Below, one piece after another: positions 62,165 to 64,000 of a stretch of 64,000 nt of DNA. The stretch is from Eledone cirrhosa. Its lineage: Eukaryota. Each line of letters starts with the position of its first letter. Position 1 is the stretch's first letter. A program made the position numbers and the translations under genes. The stretch lies in contig OZ024742.1 in assembly GCA_964016885.1 (NCBI GenBank), positions 73,408,001 through 73,472,000 on the forward strand, in the 5' to 3' direction. The notes beneath the pieces were generated by a model. That model did no database searches and was not told the DNA's origin. It was given only the letters and a program-made list of their open reading frames with translations.

Positions 62165-62166
<2 letters not shown>
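61985..62166 (+). mobile_element. Fold-back element C with the 3' half of a hammerhead, in (TA)n
   Basis: Arms 61985-62029 and 62038-62082. Contains GAAAC-GGCT TGAGCTC AGCC-GTC. An ~80-nt tail follows. Confidence 0.65.
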
Positions 62167-62198
<32 letters not shown>

Positions 62199-62422
62199 TA
62201 TTTATCTGTATGTTTGTATACACAGACCACTTTAGTCTACTATAGATTACATTTTCATGTCTATGATTTAGTAATTTTATATATATATATATTTATCATA
62301 ATCATCATTTAACACCCATCTTCCACGCTAGCATATATATATATGTGTATGTGTATATATACATAAATATTTAAATGTGTTTTTGAGAGTATATACATTA
62401 AACCCCATATTTACTATTGCAG

Positions 62423-62495
62423 GTTAGCGTTATATGTTTATGAATATTTACTACATGTTGGAGCTCAGAAAAGTGCACAGACGTTTTTATCAGAA
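62423..62495 (+). CDS. SSBP3: SSBP/Ssdp exon 2 (LisH/LUFS domain)
   Basis: Acceptor TTGCAG|G, reads (K)[24 protein letters not shown], donor GAA|GTAAGT. 73 nt and phase-compatible with exon 1. Confidence 0.97.
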
Positions 62496-64000
62496 GTAAG
62501 TATAGTTTATATTTATGGTACAATTCTTACATTTGGTTCTTTTTTACTCTTAGTATATCTACATGGCTTCTACCTTCTTTTCCTCCTAGTATATCTACAT
62601 GGCTTCTATCTTCTTTTCCTCTTGACTTTTGTTTGGTCATCTAATCATTAGATATATTTTCTTTATTCCATGATCCCCAGTTGGTCATCTACCCATTGTC
62701 CCTAACATAGTTTACCACCTGGTCCTCAACAAGTCAGCTACCTATGATTCCCAGCTAGTTATCTTCCTATGGTTTCTACCTACTTCACCTCATAATCCCC
62801 AGTTGGTCATCTACCAATCATGTCTACCATGCTTTGACACAGGGTTCCCAGCTGGGCAGCCACCAATTATCCTTACCTACACCACTATATGTTCCTTAAC
62901 TGGTTCCCAGCTGATTAGCTCTCCATCGTCCCTACTCACTTATCCACTAAGTTCCCAACTGGTCATCTGTCCATTATCCCTACTTACTTTACCACATGGT
63001 TACCTTCCAAGTTAACTACTCATGGATTGTACTTTCTTTACCATAAACAGAGGGAGCCATAATGTGGTTGGTCAAACTTATAATGAGTTTTAGAAATAAC
63101 AGTCAAGTCTCCTTCAAATCATACTCTGCTGTCTCATATAAAGACGAGATATAATATAAATAGATGGGGTGGCCATTATTGGAATGATGTTCATCATAGG
63201 TTTGAGTGATCAGAGTTGATCAGATGCTAAATAACAACCTTAGTTCCTTCTTATCTTCTAGCTGTGAGATTTACCTTTACAACTTGGTCATCTATCCATG
63301 GTTTCTCTCATCTTCACCATGCTCCTCTTGTGACAGCATGGTTCTCTCTTGGTCATTTACCCATAGTCAATACTTGCTTTACTACATGATTATCATGTGC
63401 TTGCCATTTCTCACCTGGTCATCCAATATGGATGTTACATTGTTTCTATATGACCATTTGCTTCAAGGCCATGTAGTCACCAGTGAGCTACCATATGGTC
63501 AGCGCTTGATTATTATGTGATCATTACAAAGTTACCATGTAACCATGTTCAGGTTGACAATTTTGTAATCACCTCTGTCATCACCAACATGAAAAACTCT
63601 ATGAAGTCATTTAACTTTAGAAATAGCAGCCAACTCTTTCAAATTTTTTAAAGGGCTTAATTAGAGGAAGAGCAGTTCATGACTCTTTTTGAATCCTATA
63701 AGCCTGTTAGGAGGTAAGAATGAAGTTAATTTCTTACCAGAGACCTGGCCCAAATGCTAGCATCAGAGTGCATGCTACTAAAGGCTTGTGATGGCTAATT
63801 ACCAGTGTTAAACTGGGCGACAAATTTCGTGGCAACCACCATACCATCTTTAAACCTTTTGATACCAATCTGCCTAAAGCTGTCCTTTGGTTTAGGATAC
63901 AAAATTGCCTGTTTTAAAGTGTTCATATTTACAGTATAAGCTTCCACCATAATTTTATGTAAGAACCATTGTTAAGCTATGGTCCAAATACTTAGTTATA

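Overview
AT-rich, repeat-dense animal genomic DNA. The SINE, RTE-LINE and microsatellite content points to an octopus or other cephalopod, which is an inference. Two host genes start head-to-head about 10 kb apart: the first coding exon of ATG10 (minus, 45554-45447) and exons 1-2 of an SSBP2/3 (Ssdp) LUFS-domain gene (plus, 55392-55447 and 62423-62495), separated by a roughly 7.5 kb (TA)n-derived array. The rest is intron or intergenic DNA filled with RTE, CR1 and CRE LINE copies, tRNA-derived SINEs, MITEs and mini/microsatellites. The standout signal is a set of small non-coding elements inserted in (TA)n tracts that carry hammerhead-ribozyme cores. Three are long fold-back palindromes followed by an ~80-86 nt tail with a shared ACTC...GAGT(A/G)CTTT motif. 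One is a 445-bp 1.5-mer with a minimal hammerhead (retrozyme-like), and one has its catalytic core duplicated by a SINE insertion. These resemble non-autonomous Penelope-like/retrozyme elements. Almost all long ORFs in the supplied track outside the LINEs are microsatellite artefacts.
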